35,002 nucleotides of DNA from a virus (taxonomy: Duplodnaviria > Caudoviricetes). The DNA lies in the IMG/VR virus record IMGVR_UViG_3300043427_003985, positions 1-35,002 of that record, one strand, 5' to 3'. Shown one piece after another: positions 20,205 through 30,707 of the stretch. Within the stretch, counting starts at the first letter, position 1, and every line of letters begins with the position of its first letter. The notes beneath the pieces are model-generated. The model was not told the DNA's origin. It ran no database searches and saw only the letters and a list, made by a program, of their open reading frames with translations. A program made the translations under genes and the position numbers.

Positions 20205-21742
20205 TAGATTCCAAACCTCCCTCTCGATGCATTAAAGTTTTGTTGGACTTCTGATGCTGTGAGTGCTCTGTTGTAGATTTGAACTTGTGCTATGTTTGCG
20301 TTTAAATAAGCATTGGAACCACCGGTATGTCTATATCCTATAAGACTTTTAGAAGAAAAATTATAATTTAAAGCATTAAAAGAAGTTAGAGTTAATATCA
20401 AATTACCATTTCTATACATTTTATAATTTAAATTTTCATAAGTTGCGACTATATTAACCCAAACAGAAGTAGATGTTTCTTTTACATTTGACCAACCAGT
20501 TCTTGTAAAACCATTAGACCCAAATCCCCATCCTTGGTCTGTTTCATTATAAACAATAGCATCAAATGTTATACCATCATCACTTTGTAAATTAATTAGT
20601 CCTCCTCCTTGTTGTGTGGTTGAACCAAGTTTTACCCAACCAGAAAGTGTTTTATTAGTTATATTTGGAATAAAAGATAAACTTTGAATATATTCATTAC
20701 TCCCATCAAAACTTACACTTCCACCAAAAGCACTTGAATATACTGGTGAGTTTGCAGTAGTCCCAAAGTTATTATTCCCAGAGAAATCAGCAAGTCCAAG
20801 AATCGTAGAGTTATTCGTTGCGACTAATGGAGTAAATGAAGTGGTTTCTACTGTGGTAAATGTATGAATCGTGTATCCACCTGAAGATGTTACTGTACCA
20901 CCTATTGCTCTTTGGGGTCCTGGATATCTTACTATTACGATTCCTGAACCACCTGCACCTGCATTAGAACCAAATCCACCTCCACCACCTCCACCAGTAT
21001 TTGCAGTTCCATTACTAGGTCCTGTTGCCCCACCACCAGCACCACCGCCACCAATTCCACCAGAACTATTGACTACACCAGAAGAAAAGTTATTACTTGC
21101 CCCACCTCCACCACCACCAGCATAATATGTAAAAGTTCCAGAAATATTAAAACCTAAACCAGTACCTCCTGTACCACCAGTTCCTGTTGAATTTGCCCCA
21201 GGAGTAGCACTACTTCCAGCACCACCTGCACCACCACCTCCTGCTGCTGCTCTATTTGTTGTTCCATTTCTAGCACCACCAGCAAATCCCTGCCCAGAAG
21301 TTCCAGCAGAAAATATAGTGGAACCATAGTTGCCATCTCCACCAGCACCACCACCAGAACCACCAGTCGCACCAGCATTATTACCTTCAAAATCACCACC
21401 ACCACCGCCGCCACCTCCAATAGCAGTTAAAGAACCAAATACAGAGTTTCCACCATTACCCCCAGTAGTTCCAGAATTTGCTACTACTGCACCTCCAGCA
21501 CCAACGGTTACGGTAAGAGCAGAACCAGGAGTTACGGAAAAGTTGGAATTATAAATTAAACCACCAGCACCTCCACCGCCTCCTCCGCCACCATTTGTAT
21601 TAGATTCACCATAACCACCAGCACCACCACCAGCAACCACGAGAACTTCAACTGCGGTGAGATTGTAATTATTTGGATCGGCAGCATCAAGTGCAAGAAC
21701 TAATCCATCTTCTCTAATATCTGGACCAGCATAAACACCCAT
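20204..21742 (-). CDS. LamG-domain protein with an inserted glycine-rich domain
   Basis: Same N- and C-terminal LamG motifs as its neighbour, interrupted by EVLVVAGGG...GGSGIVIVRY..YTIHTFT. Confidence 0.8.
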   Translation of the reverse strand: MGVYAGPDIREDGLVLALDAADPNNYNLTAVEVLVVAGGGAGGYGESNTNGGGGGGGGAGGLIYNSNFSVTPGSALTVTVGAGGAVVANSGTTGGNGGNSVFGSLTAIGGGGGGGGDFEGNNAGATGGSGGGAGGDGNYGSTIFSAGTSGQGFAGGARNGTTNRAAAGGGGAGGAGSSATPGANSTGTGGTGGTGLGFNISGTFTYYAGGGGGGASNNFSSGVVNSSGGIGGGGAGGGATGPSNGTANTGGGGGGGFGSNAGAGGSGIVIVRYPGPQRAIGGTVTSSGGYTIHTFTTVETTSFTPLVATNNSTILGLADFSGNNNFGTTANSPVYSSAFGGSVSFDGSNEYIQSLSFIPNITNKTLSGWVKLGSTTQQGGGLINLQSDDGITFDAIVYNETDQGWGFGSNGFTRTGWSNVKETSTSVWVNIVATYENLNYKMYRNGNLILTLTSFNALNYNFSSKSLIGYRHTGGSNAYLNANIAQVQIYNRALTASEVQQNFNASRGRFGI

Positions 21743-21769
21743 TTTTTTTATAATTCCTCCATATAATAT

Positions 21770-24700
21770 TTAACCTTTTATCTCCACTTCTAATCTATCA
21801 ACATCTTTTCTTTCAGCAAAAATTATATAATAATAATCAAGTTTTCCTTCTTCTTTTGTAAAGACTTCAACTTGATTATTTTCAATTTTTCTTATCCTAG
21901 GATTTACACTATCTCCAATTGGTGTAAGAGTTACCGTAATCGAATCTTCGTGTACCAAATTAGTCCAATATTCTGGAAGTTCGATTATACAATTTTTTGA
22001 TCTTCCTCTTATATATACTGAATTTTCTGGTCCTTCCAAACAAGCATAACGAAGTTTATAATTTTCTTTTGTTGGGTGAGGAATAATGAATGACTTTGTA
22101 GTTGCCGCAAAAGATCCATTGACTTCTAATTTATATCCTGGATTTATGGTTCCTATGCCGACATTACCAGATGTGTCAACTCTAACAGATTCTGCCCAAG
22201 ATGTTGTTCCAGTTCTTCTACCAATTACAAAATTTGCAGGTCCATTTCCAGTTGAACCTGCAACTGCACCAATAAATGCTCCAGTTGCTCCCCCACCAGA
22301 ATTATAAGCATTAAAATCAATTAATGCTCCTGAATTTACAGAATTAGGAGTAGCACTTATAGTCGCCAATGTCCCGGCAACATTGTAAGCTCCCTTACCA
22401 CTTGCACTTACACCATTATATGATTCACCAAGACCATCAATACTTAAAACAAATGCAGATGATGAAGAAGAACTAAAAGTACCTTTTCCTTGAACTTCTA
22501 AATTACTGCCCCAAGTGAGAGCACCAGTCCCTGCTCTACCTAAAGAAGTAGCATCATTTCCAAAAGTAATATATCCTCTATCTGAATTTTGAACTCCACT
22601 TATCCTAAATGTATTTGCTACGTTTATATCTCCAATCCAAGCATCATCACCAAGTTTAAAATTAGTTCCATTTCCATTATTATTTGTTATAAACTTATCT
22701 GCTGTAAGTTCTCCAGTACCACTTAAAGTTGCAACATTAGTAGTCCCTGCGTACCAGTTGAATTGTTGAGTTGTAGATGGAACAGAATACCACAGTGTAG
22801 ATACATCTATTCCAAGTGCATAATCTGCAGTAGAACCACCAACTGCAGGATATAAAACAACCTTAGTTCCAGCACTTCTTGTAGTAAATGCAGGAGCAGC
22901 AACACCATTCGTATTAAAATCAATTCTATTACCTGTTGCACCATTTAGATAAATTTGACCGTCATTGGTTGTTGTTGAGTTTGCTCTGGTTGATATTATT
23001 TGAGCACTGAATGTCTGATGTCCACTCCAAGTATTGGCACCATCTAGAAGTGGAATTGTATTTCCAGATGTTCCTGTATTTTTTCCATCAAGTAAATCAG
23101 CATTCAAATTACTTACAAGAGTGGTTGAAGAAACTGTAAGTGGTGCTGTTCCTGTTGCAACCGTAGAAACTAATTGAGAAGTAGTGCGAATAGAACCATT
23201 TACATCAAGTTTATATGAAGAATTGGGATTTGTGGTTGCTATACCAACTCTACCAATATTTGGTGCAAGTTTTACAGTTCCATCTACATTTACATCTATT
23301 GCAGGAATACCTGAAATATAATTTACAGAGAAAATAGAACCACTTGTAAGATTATTTGTAATACTGAAAAGTTGTCCAGCAGAACCTTCCCAAGATAATG
23401 TTCCAGAATTTAAAGTATCATAATGAACAATATCAATGATAGTACCAATTCCAACTGTACCAACTCCAGATACTGCACCATAATAAGTCAGAGAATCTGA
23501 ACCAGTTGCTATATTAGATGAGTTCTTATAAACGATTTGATTAGCAGATCCTGCTACTGGTCCAGTAATTCCTTGAGTTCCTTGGACACCTTGAATACCT
23601 TGAACTCCCTGAATACCCTGTTCACCCTGAATACCTTGAGTACCTTGAGTACCTTGAGTTCCTTGAGTTCCTTGAGTTCCTTGAGTTCCTTGGACACCTT
23701 GAACACCAGTATCTCCTTTATCACCTGTTCTGACAAAACTAATAATTACATCTTCACCATTACTAAATGATGTTGCACTACCAGTAACATAAGAACAATC
23801 GACAATAAACCATTCAACAAATGTACCACCTCCAGTAGAAACACTTGAAATAGTAAATAAGGCAAAATCACTAGAATCTAATTTATTGGATACTCTAAAA
23901 TGACCTTTAATAGTAGAAGTAGAGTCATCAATTGTATTTAAAAAACTTCCAATATTTGTGCCATTATCATCAAGTATGTCTATGTACATCGTCAAAGCAC
24001 CCGAGAAAGGTGATTCGCTGAACTTTAAAGTTCCCGTTCCCGGATCGGAGTTTGATGTATCAGTACTAAAAGTATAATCAAAAGTTACTCCACCAAAGTT
24101 ACCAACGACACCTTGAATACCTTGAGTTCCTTGAGTACCTTGAGTTCCTTGAATACCTTGAGTACCTTGGGTTCCTTGAGTACCTTGGACTCCTTGAATA
24201 CCTTGGACACCTTGAATACCTTGAGTTCCTTGGACACCTTGAATACCTTGAATACCTTGGGTTCCTTGTAAAGCAGCATCTAATATAGAGGTTTTATAAA
24301 TTTCATCTGTTGTATTATCATAAATTAATATCAAATCATCAGATGTTACACTGCTAGTTGATATTTGACCTTTTATTGCTTGCTTTTTAACAATACCATC
24401 AAAATATGGTGAAGATACTGTGTCATCAGTAACTTGCATACCACCTGCAGCAAGTCTAACACCGTTAGGAACCTGCGTACTTCCAATACCAACACCATAG
24501 TTAAATAACCAAGCATCTGTAATACCTGCTCCAATATCACCACCACGGAACCACATAATTTTCTTATATGTGGAGGGAAGTGTTTCTCCACCAATCGCAA
24601 GACTTACAAGAGGAGTTCCCTCAGTAGATGCAATCGCAATACCACCGTGACTTGCTGTTGCATCAGTTGGCGAAAAGTCTGTTCCTAATCCTAAAATAAT

Positions 24701-25924
24701 ATCAGGGTCAGAAACAGTAAGTTGTTGTGTATTCAGTTGTGCTGTTGTACCACCAATAGTAATAGAACCATCAACATTTAAGTTCCCATTAATATCAGTA
24801 TTGTTAAGAACAGTTAAATCATAAGTAACTAATTCGGTTCCATTAAATGTTAAGTTAGATGAACCTGTTGGATTATTGGAAGCATCCTTATAAACAACCT
24901 GATATGCAGAACCTGCTACTGGTCCAGTAATTCCTTGAATACCTTGAGTACCTTGGGTTCCTTGAGTACCTTGAGTACCTTGAATACCTTGAATACCTTG
25001 AACTCCCTGAATACCCTGTTCACCCTGAATACCTTGGGTTCCTTGAGTACCTTGGGTTCCTTGAGTACCTTGGACTCCTTGAGTACCTTGGACTCCTTGA
25101 GTACCTTGAGTACCCTGGATACCTTGAATTCCTTGGATACCTTGGATACCCTGTTCACCCTGAATACCTTGAGTACCTTGAGTTCCTTGAGTACCTTGGA
25201 CTCCCTGAATACCCTGTTCACCCTGAATACCTTGGGTTCCTTGAGTACCTTGAGTACCTTGAGTACCTTGAATACCTTGAACTCCCTGAATACCCTGTTC
25301 ACCCTGAATACCTTGGGTTCCTTGAGTACCTTGGGTTCCTTGAGTACCTTGAGTACCCTGGATACCTTGAATTCCTTGGATACCTTGGATACCCTGTTCA
25401 CCCTGAATACCTTGAGTACCCTGGATACCTTGAATACCTTGGGTTCCTTGAATACCCTGTTCACCCTGAATACCTTGGGTTCCTTGAGTTCCTTGAGTAC
25501 CCTGTTCACCCTGAATACCTTGAGTACCTTGAGTACCTTGAGTACCTTGGACTCCCTGAATACCCTGAATACCCTGAATACCCTGGATACCTTGAATTCC
25601 TTGGGTTCCTTGGATACCTTGAATACCTTGGGTACCTTGAATACCTTGGGTTCCTTGAATACCCTGGATACCTTGAATACCAGCAGCAAATGGAGAAGTC
25701 CAAGAAACCCCAGCACCTGTGGAAACTAAAATAGATCCACCAATACCAATATTGTCATTATAATCAATTAGACCTTCACGAAGTCTTATATTTCCAACAA
25801 CATCTATTTTTTCTGTTGGACTTATCGTTCCGAATCCAGTATTTCCTGCAGGATTTGCAAAAATTATTGTTCCGCCAACACCAACTTCTAAACCACGCTT
25901 AACTCTAAAATTTTGATCTGCCAA
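21770..25924 (-). CDS. Collagen-like (Gly-X-Gln) tail fibre protein
   Basis: TTG start with AGGGGA RBS; three G-[ITVE]-Q blocks; GNVGIGT.NP..KLEVNG repeats; C-terminal KSF.IPHP...[10 protein letters not shown] domain. Confidence 0.8.
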   Translation of the reverse strand: MADQNFRVKRGLEVGVGGTIIFANPAGNTGFGTISPTEKIDVVGNIRLREGLIDYNDNIGIGGSILVSTGAGVSWTSPFAAGIQGIQGIQGTQGIQGTQGIQGIQGTQGIQGIQGIQGIQGIQGVQGTQGTQGTQGIQGEQGTQGTQGTQGIQGEQGIQGTQGIQGIQGTQGIQGEQGIQGIQGIQGIQGTQGTQGTQGTQGTQGIQGEQGIQGVQGIQGTQGTQGTQGTQGIQGEQGIQGVQGTQGTQGTQGIQGEQGIQGIQGIQGIQGTQGTQGVQGTQGVQGTQGTQGTQGTQGIQGEQGIQGVQGIQGIQGTQGTQGTQGTQGIQGITGPVAGSAYQVVYKDASNNPTGSSNLTFNGTELVTYDLTVLNNTDINGNLNVDGSITIGGTTAQLNTQQLTVSDPDIILGLGTDFSPTDATASHGGIAIASTEGTPLVSLAIGGETLPSTYKKIMWFRGGDIGAGITDAWLFNYGVGIGSTQVPNGVRLAAGGMQVTDDTVSSPYFDGIVKKQAIKGQISTSSVTSDDLILIYDNTTDEIYKTSILDAALQGTQGIQGIQGVQGTQGIQGVQGIQGVQGTQGTQGTQGIQGTQGTQGTQGIQGVVGNFGGVTFDYTFSTDTSNSDPGTGTLKFSESPFSGALTMYIDILDDNGTNIGSFLNTIDDSTSTIKGHFRVSNKLDSSDFALFTISSVSTGGGTFVEWFIVDCSYVTGSATSFSNGEDVIISFVRTGDKGDTGVQGVQGTQGTQGTQGTQGTQGTQGIQGEQGIQGVQGIQGVQGTQGITGPVAGSANQIVYKNSSNIATGSDSLTYYGAVSGVGTVGIGTIIDIVHYDTLNSGTLSWEGSAGQLFSITNNLTSGSIFSVNYISGIPAIDVNVDGTVKLAPNIGRVGIATTNPNSSYKLDVNGSIRTTSQLVSTVATGTAPLTVSSTTLVSNLNADLLDGKNTGTSGNTIPLLDGANTWSGHQTFSAQIISTRANSTTTNDGQIYLNGATGNRIDFNTNGVAAPAFTTRSAGTKVVLYPAVGGSTADYALGIDVSTLWYSVPSTTQQFNWYAGTTNVATLSGTGELTADKFITNNNGNGTNFKLGDDAWIGDINVANTFRISGVQNSDRGYITFGNDATSLGRAGTGALTWGSNLEVQGKGTFSSSSSSAFVLSIDGLGESYNGVSASGKGAYNVAGTLATISATPNSVNSGALIDFNAYNSGGGATGAFIGAVAGSTGNGPANFVIGRRTGTTSWAESVRVDTSGNVGIGTINPGYKLEVNGSFAATTKSFIIPHPTKENYKLRYACLEGPENSVYIRGRSKNCIIELPEYWTNLVHEDSITVTLTPIGDSVNPRIRKIENNQVEVFTKEEGKLDYYYIIFAERKDVDRLEVEIKG
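23566..23710 (-). repeat. Collagen-like 9-nt repeat block 3
   Basis: Tandem ccttgagt(a/t)/ccttgaata units. Confidence 0.9.
24108..24268 (-). repeat. Collagen-like 9-nt repeat block 2
   Basis: Tandem G-X-Q codon units. Confidence 0.9.
24924..25681 (-). repeat. Collagen-like 9-nt repeat block 1 (about 80 triplets)
   Basis: Uninterrupted [12 protein letters not shown] triplets with higher-order duplications. Confidence 0.95.
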
Positions 25925-25959
25925 GGTTCACTATCCCCTTTGATCATTTTACTTTTTTT

Positions 25960-25967
25960 TATTTATA
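25960..25967 (-). promoter_or_regulatory. T4-type late promoter TATAAATA
   Basis: Exact consensus in the intergenic gap upstream of the collagen fibre. Confidence 0.75.
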
Positions 25968-25968
25968 T

Positions 25969-27999
25969 TTAAAGTTTTATAGCAGTGAAATTGATTAGAT
26001 ACTTAGTAGTTGAAGAAGAACCAGTTGCAAGAAGTCTAATGTCATTTTCATTAACATCAACATCAAATATTGCTACAGGTCCATTGTTAAAAATTGTTCC
26101 ATATTCTGAATGATATGCAGTTCCTGCACCATTATGAAGAACAAAAATTTTTGTTGAGTGATAATTAGTTCCCTCAGTTGCTTGAATTGTGTATTCAACA
26201 GACCTGTAAATCAACCCCGATAATGTAGAATGAATACTAGTTTGTGCAGAAGTTGCCAATGTAGTAGTTGCAGATCCAATTACAGTAAATGAATTAATTG
26301 AAATATTACCCGCAACATCTAATTTTTCACTTGGTTGTGTTGAACCTATTCCAACATTAGATAGTCTATAAATATCATTTCCAACTGTAGTTGCTGTCCA
26401 CCGAGAAGCAATAAAAGGAGAATTATTTTGAGATAAACTTCCATTAAAGTTTATATTTCCATCAACATCTAATGTTCCACCTATTGAAACATTATTTTCA
26501 AAAGTACTAATTCCAACAAAAGTAGATACTCCAGAAACATATAAATCACCAATAGTAGCAATTCCTAAAGTTGCAATACCACTATAAGAAATATCAGTCC
26601 CCGATAAGTAATCAATAGTTCCTGTAGTTACATCAAGAGTTTCAATAGTACCAATACCAGAAGTATTAAGATTAGTATTAGTTAAGTAATCAATGGTTCC
26701 TGTAGTAGTGTCTAAGGTTCCAATAGTACCAATACCACTATAAGAAATATCAGTCCCCGATAAGTAATCAATAGTTCCTGTAGTTACATCAAGAGTTTCA
26801 ATAGTACCAATACCAGAAGTATTAAGATTAGTATTAGTTAAGTAATCAATGGTTCCTGTAGTAGTGTCTAAGGTTCCAATAGTACCAATACCAGAAGCAT
26901 TAATATTTCTTACAACTGCTAAATCATTTTCTGTAAATTGAACTGAACCAGCAGCAAGTCTTGTTCCTGTTGGGAATTGTGTAGATCCTATACCAACAGC
27001 ATAGTTAATTAACCAAGCGTCAGTTCCAAGTCCAGAAAAAGTACCTTCCTTGAACCACATAATTTTCTTATATGTGGTAGGTGCTGTTTCAATGCCAGCG
27101 ATGAATAAATCGACTAACGGAGTACCTTCTGTTGATGCAAGAGCAACACCACCATGATTTGAAGTATTATCATTAGAGACATCATTACCAAATGAATCTG
27201 TTCTATATCCAAGAATAATGTCAGGATCAGTTACAACTAACTCTTGAACATTAACAAATGCTGTCGTTCCACCAATTGTAATATTTCCATCAACATTTAA
27301 ATTACGATTAACTTGCAAATCTCTATTAACTGTCAAATCTTGAGGAACTACAAGATTTGTTGGAAGACTTAATGTTGGGGTTGACCCCTCTCCAGTTCCA
27401 CCAGTAACTACAATTTGTTGAGAGGTTCCTACAATATCTTTAACATAATCACCAAAAGTATCCGTACCTAACCCAACACTATTGGGTTGAATAGTTGCCG
27501 CTAATGATACATTTCCAGTCCCATCAAAACTAATAGGAGAAGCAACAATATCTCCTGTGATTTCAAAAGTTCTTGCGTTTTCTAATTTTGTTGCTGTAGA
27601 AATAGTTCCAACAATTGCACCATTAAAAGTTGTAATTCCAGCAACTTGTAAATTATTTCCAATACTTACAGAGTCATTAAAAGTGCTAAACCCAACAAAA
27701 GTAGAAATACCAGTTACATTAACTGCCCCACCAAGATAAGAATTTCCAGAAACGTATAATCTATTTCCCCAAGAATTATCTGTACCTATTGAAACTGAAT
27801 TTTGATAATATATTGACTGCCCATCAGCATTTTCAGTCCAAGGTGTCAGTAAAGATATTGTAACTCCAGCGCCAGCATTTTTCTCAGCAAACAACCTACC
27901 ATCATAATAGTTGTAAGCCAATTCACCTACTATTAAATCTGATGTAGTTGGTCTTTTTGATTGCTCAGTAGAATACTTAATTCTGATGGGGGTTGCCAT
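25969..27999 (-). CDS. Tail fibre/virion structural protein
   Basis: L..GELAYNY.DG.LF N-terminus, G(I/V)STF repeats, ATKLENARTF.ITGD...SFDG.GNV motif, VGIGSTQP.EKLDV. Confidence 0.75.
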   Translation of the reverse strand: MATPIRIKYSTEQSKRPTTSDLIVGELAYNYYDGRLFAEKNAGAGVTISLLTPWTENADGQSIYYQNSVSIGTDNSWGNRLYVSGNSYLGGAVNVTGISTFVGFSTFNDSVSIGNNLQVAGITTFNGAIVGTISTATKLENARTFEITGDIVASPISFDGTGNVSLAATIQPNSVGLGTDTFGDYVKDIVGTSQQIVVTGGTGEGSTPTLSLPTNLVVPQDLTVNRDLQVNRNLNVDGNITIGGTTAFVNVQELVVTDPDIILGYRTDSFGNDVSNDNTSNHGGVALASTEGTPLVDLFIAGIETAPTTYKKIMWFKEGTFSGLGTDAWLINYAVGIGSTQFPTGTRLAAGSVQFTENDLAVVRNINASGIGTIGTLDTTTGTIDYLTNTNLNTSGIGTIETLDVTTGTIDYLSGTDISYSGIGTIGTLDTTTGTIDYLTNTNLNTSGIGTIETLDVTTGTIDYLSGTDISYSGIATLGIATIGDLYVSGVSTFVGISTFENNVSIGGTLDVDGNINFNGSLSQNNSPFIASRWTATTVGNDIYRLSNVGIGSTQPSEKLDVAGNISINSFTVIGSATTTLATSAQTSIHSTLSGLIYRSVEYTIQATEGTNYHSTKIFVLHNGAGTAYHSEYGTIFNNGPVAIFDVDVNENDIRLLATGSSSTTKYLINFTAIKL
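26575..26893. repeat. Exact 156-nt tandem duplication (52 aa = 2 x 26-aa subunits)
   Basis: actataagaaatatcagtccccg... starts at both 26581 and 26737. Confidence 0.9.
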
Positions 28000-28063
28000 T
28001 TGTACTTCTTTCTACTTTTATTACACTCATAACATACTTATATTTAAACTATTTATTTAAGTA

Positions 28064-28432
28064 TTAAAGGCAGTTTCTTCTCGTCCCATATCTAAACAAA
28101 TTTGTTGGAGGGTCTGGTTCTATCCATTTTTCTATTGTATTCAACCGTTTTTCATCATAAAAATTTTGCTGAACATACCACAACTTCCAATGTTCGTGAC
28201 CCTTAGATTGATTGCAATCATGACAACAGCAAACTACATTTTTTGTAATGTCTTCACCACCTTTCGACTGAGGAATAATATGATCGATTGTTAAATTTTC
28301 TTCAGACCCACAATAAGCACATTGATAATTCCATTGCTCCTTTATGTGTTGCCTCCATAATCGTTTCGCCTCTCCAGAACTTGTTGTATAAAGATTGAAC
28401 AAGTATTCTTTTGGAGAGTGTAGAGGTCCCAT
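28064..28432 (-). CDS. HNH endonuclease family protein
   Basis: CAYCG....LTIDHIIPQSKGG.D...NVVCCCHDCNQSKG. Confidence 0.9.
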   Translation of the reverse strand: MGPLHSPKEYLFNLYTTSSGEAKRLWRQHIKEQWNYQCAYCGSEENLTIDHIIPQSKGGEDITKNVVCCCHDCNQSKGHEHWKLWYVQQNFYDEKRLNTIEKWIEPDPPTNLFRYGTRRNCL

Positions 28433-28545
28433 AAATTTTTGTATCTTACAGTTATTTATTTCCAGTTTTTAAAACTTCTAAAAGTTCCTTAAAAGTAATA
28501 TAAATGTAATGAAATTCATCATAATATGTAATATCTTTATCTCTC

Positions 28546-28743
28546 TCAAGAAAGTTTTGAATTTTTTTTATCACAAATATTTCTCGCCCAAAAACGACTT
28601 AAACTATTTACATAAGAACAAGGTTTATTCTTCTTTCCACAATGTGGACAAATTGCATCTGGAGGATCTAAAAGATGTCCCTCAGGAGTATACATCTTTT
28701 TCTTCTTTTGATTTCTCGCTTGCTTATGCTTTCGATGATTCAT
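28546..28743 (-). CDS. Small basic hypothetical protein with Cys motif
   Basis: ATGA overlap with the upstream gene; CPHCG..C...C. Confidence 0.55.
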   Translation of the reverse strand: MNHRKHKQARNQKKKKMYTPEGHLLDPPDAICPHCGKKNKPCSYVNSLSRFWARNICDKKNSKLS

Positions 28744-29012
28744 ATAATTACTGGAATTCCTTCACCTTCATTGAGACGAATTACTTCTGGATTCAGTTGA
28801 TTTACTTTTCCAGCAGGTAATCCAATCTGACCTGGAAGTTGCTTATCAGTAGTTGAAGTTATATCAATTACTTGATCCATAATAAAACGGTGACGACTAT
28901 AAGACCTATTATGACGATCAAATGATACCATCATAATCGCATCATTAATATCACCACAATGGGCAATGACTCTTCCAGTCTTATTTTCTGTTACAATCCA
29001 GTATTCGTTCAT
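28740..29012 (-). CDS. Hypothetical phage protein
   Basis: Likely start ATG 29012 (MNEYWIV) with an AAGGA RBS, rather than TTG 29093. Confidence 0.6.
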   Translation of the reverse strand: MNEYWIVTENKTGRVIAHCGDINDAIMMVSFDRHNRSYSRHRFIMDQVIDITSTTDKQLPGQIGLPAGKVNQLNPEVIRLNEGEGIPVII

Positions 29013-29117
29013 TATGAGTGTCCTTTTGGTTATTATAGGATTGTTTTGGTGGATTGTAAAGACCGGGCCAAGTATCTCTAATAATTTCTGCAAGTTTATA
29101 AGGAGTTTCAGAGGTAA

Positions 29118-29783
29118 TCATTTTACAAAATACATACGACGACGATACTGTTCACCAGGGCAGTTTTCTAAATGCTCAATCTCTTCATCTGGAAGAAAGT
29201 TTACACCACCAAGAAGTTTTGCTCCAATAAAGATTTCAGCAGACTTCTCACACATTAGAGTAGCAGCAGCACAATCCTTTTGATAAGGTGATGCTGTGAT
29301 AATACCGTGATTCTCTAGAAGAATCAACTTGGGGAAGTATCTATAGTGGTCTACAAACTCACCAACATACTTCTCTACATTCTGCAGTAGACGGGCACCA
29401 GGAGGAGCATAAGGCACTAGACAGGATATTACACCATTCCTTACAATCTGATCTGGAAACCACCTCTGACAGGCAAAGTCATTGACCGCAGGAGAGCAAA
29501 GTATCTGTGTAGTCTTTGGTGGATGAGTATGAGCAATATAATTAATTTCTGGGAAGTGCTTCATAATCCAAGCGTGAAAAAGCACTTCAATGCTTGGTTT
29601 CTTTTGTTCTGGTTTTAGTTGTTGAGCATCAGTATTCACCAGAACTAAATCATCTTCTGATAGTGTATGAAGACTTGTACCACTTGCTTTGATTAGAAAA
29701 GTATCTTCTGTATGTCTCTCTGATACATTACCTTCACCACAAATAGTATAGTCAGCAATCGTGTGTGCTAAGTCTATAAGCAT
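29118..29783 (-). CDS. Class II aldolase/adducin family protein
   Basis: EGNVS, IKASG, KPSIE..FH, HTHP and LENHGI zinc-binding motifs. Confidence 0.9.
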   Translation of the reverse strand: MLIDLAHTIADYTICGEGNVSERHTEDTFLIKASGTSLHTLSEDDLVLVNTDAQQLKPEQKKPSIEVLFHAWIMKHFPEINYIAHTHPPKTTQILCSPAVNDFACQRWFPDQIVRNGVISCLVPYAPPGARLLQNVEKYVGEFVDHYRYFPKLILLENHGIITASPYQKDCAAATLMCEKSAEIFIGAKLLGGVNFLPDEEIEHLENCPGEQYRRRMYFVK

Positions 29784-29859
29784 CGTTAAGTATTGTAAAA
29801 TTGTATTTAGAAATTGTACTTAGGATGAGTAAAAGTTTTGTTATGGTTTCTACAAATAC

Positions 29860-29940
29860 TTAATAATGATAATGGTCTGTGAGTGATATGAGAGTCATAA
29901 AAATTCCAAAGAGAATAAAGAATATTAGGATTGAAAGCAT
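29860..29940 (-). CDS. Putative 26-aa single-pass membrane microprotein
   Basis: Below the ORF-track cutoff: MLSILIFFILFGIFMTLISLTDHYHY*, on the coding strand in an intergenic gap. Confidence 0.45.
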   Translation of the reverse strand: MLSILIFFILFGIFMTLISLTDHYHY

Positions 29941-29953
29941 TTTAGATTTTCTA

Positions 29954-30613
29954 CTAGTGTTTGGAGTTCTTTTTTCTATTTCTTGCAGATTGACGCATTT
30001 TTTCTATGGTTTCTGGAGAATATTTTCTTCCTTCACAACCGTTAGATTTTCCTTTTTTGGAAGAACTTATTTTATCTTTAGTTTCTTCACTATGAGATTT
30101 ACCTTTCATATGACTTGATTTGCCAACTTTAGCATCTCTCATTTTTTGTTTTGACTGTTCAGTATGCTTTCTACCCACCCAATATGTATTACCTTTATGA
30201 GTATCACCAATCTTATTTCTTGCTTCTTGTGATTGTGTTCTACCTTTATTTTTTTCTCCTATCTTATTCTTTACTTCTTCGGGTCTAGGTCTTCCTTTTA
30301 GAGCATTACTTCTCTTCAGTTTTGTTTCTTCTGTTTGCAAAACACCAGAAGAACCATCACCACCATCAGTTCTATTATGAAGAATACCTGTCCCTAAATC
30401 TTTTCTACCAAATATAGCAATCATATATTTTTCGTGATTAAATGCATCTCCTTCACTTAAGTTTTGCTTGAGAAGTATTATTTTACTCTTATCTCTAGGA
30501 GGTCTTATATCATTCTTTGATTTCTTATATACTCGGTCTCCCTTACCTTTACCAATATAATAGGGAGTTTTATCCTCACGCAAATATGCGTAAGTGTAAA
30601 AAATGTTATTCAT
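29954..30613 (-). CDS. Free-standing homing endonuclease-like protein (GIY-YIG-like N-terminus + NUMOD3 repeats)
   Basis: YTYAYLRED.TPYYIGKGKG.R...E..MI..FGR...G.L.N.TDGG; repeated H(S/T)EE(T/S)K.K(I/M)S..KG units. Confidence 0.8.
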   Translation of the reverse strand: MNNIFYTYAYLREDKTPYYIGKGKGDRVYKKSKNDIRPPRDKSKIILLKQNLSEGDAFNHEKYMIAIFGRKDLGTGILHNRTDGGDGSSGVLQTEETKLKRSNALKGRPRPEEVKNKIGEKNKGRTQSQEARNKIGDTHKGNTYWVGRKHTEQSKQKMRDAKVGKSSHMKGKSHSEETKDKISSSKKGKSNGCEGRKYSPETIEKMRQSARNRKKNSKH

Positions 30614-30635
30614 ACTACTCTAACGGTGACATTAA

Positions 30636-30643
30636 TATTTATA
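30636..30643 (-). promoter_or_regulatory. Late promoter TATAAATA for the endonuclease gene
   Basis: Exact consensus 22 nt upstream of ATG 30613. Confidence 0.75.
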
Positions 30644-30644
30644 C

Positions 30645-30672
30645 AAAAAATGGAAGGTTTCCCTTCCATTTT
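30645..30672 (-). terminator. Intrinsic terminator downstream of psbD
   Basis: AAAATGGAAGG-GAAA-CCTTCCATTTTTT: GNRA-loop hairpin plus U tract. Confidence 0.8.
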
Positions 30673-30699
30673 ACCTAATGTGTCACCGTTAGGCAACTC

Positions 30700-30707
30700 T
30701 ATTTATA
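30700..30707 (-). promoter_or_regulatory. Late promoter TATAAATA overlapping the psbD stop codon
   Basis: CTA TAA ATA gives an exact consensus, with only about 50 nt before the terminator. Confidence 0.55.

Noticed and set aside
24916-25729. Long alternative-frame and antisense ORFs (266 aa, 264 aa) over the collagen block
   Set aside because: By-products of a 9-nt repeat lacking stop codons in other frames.
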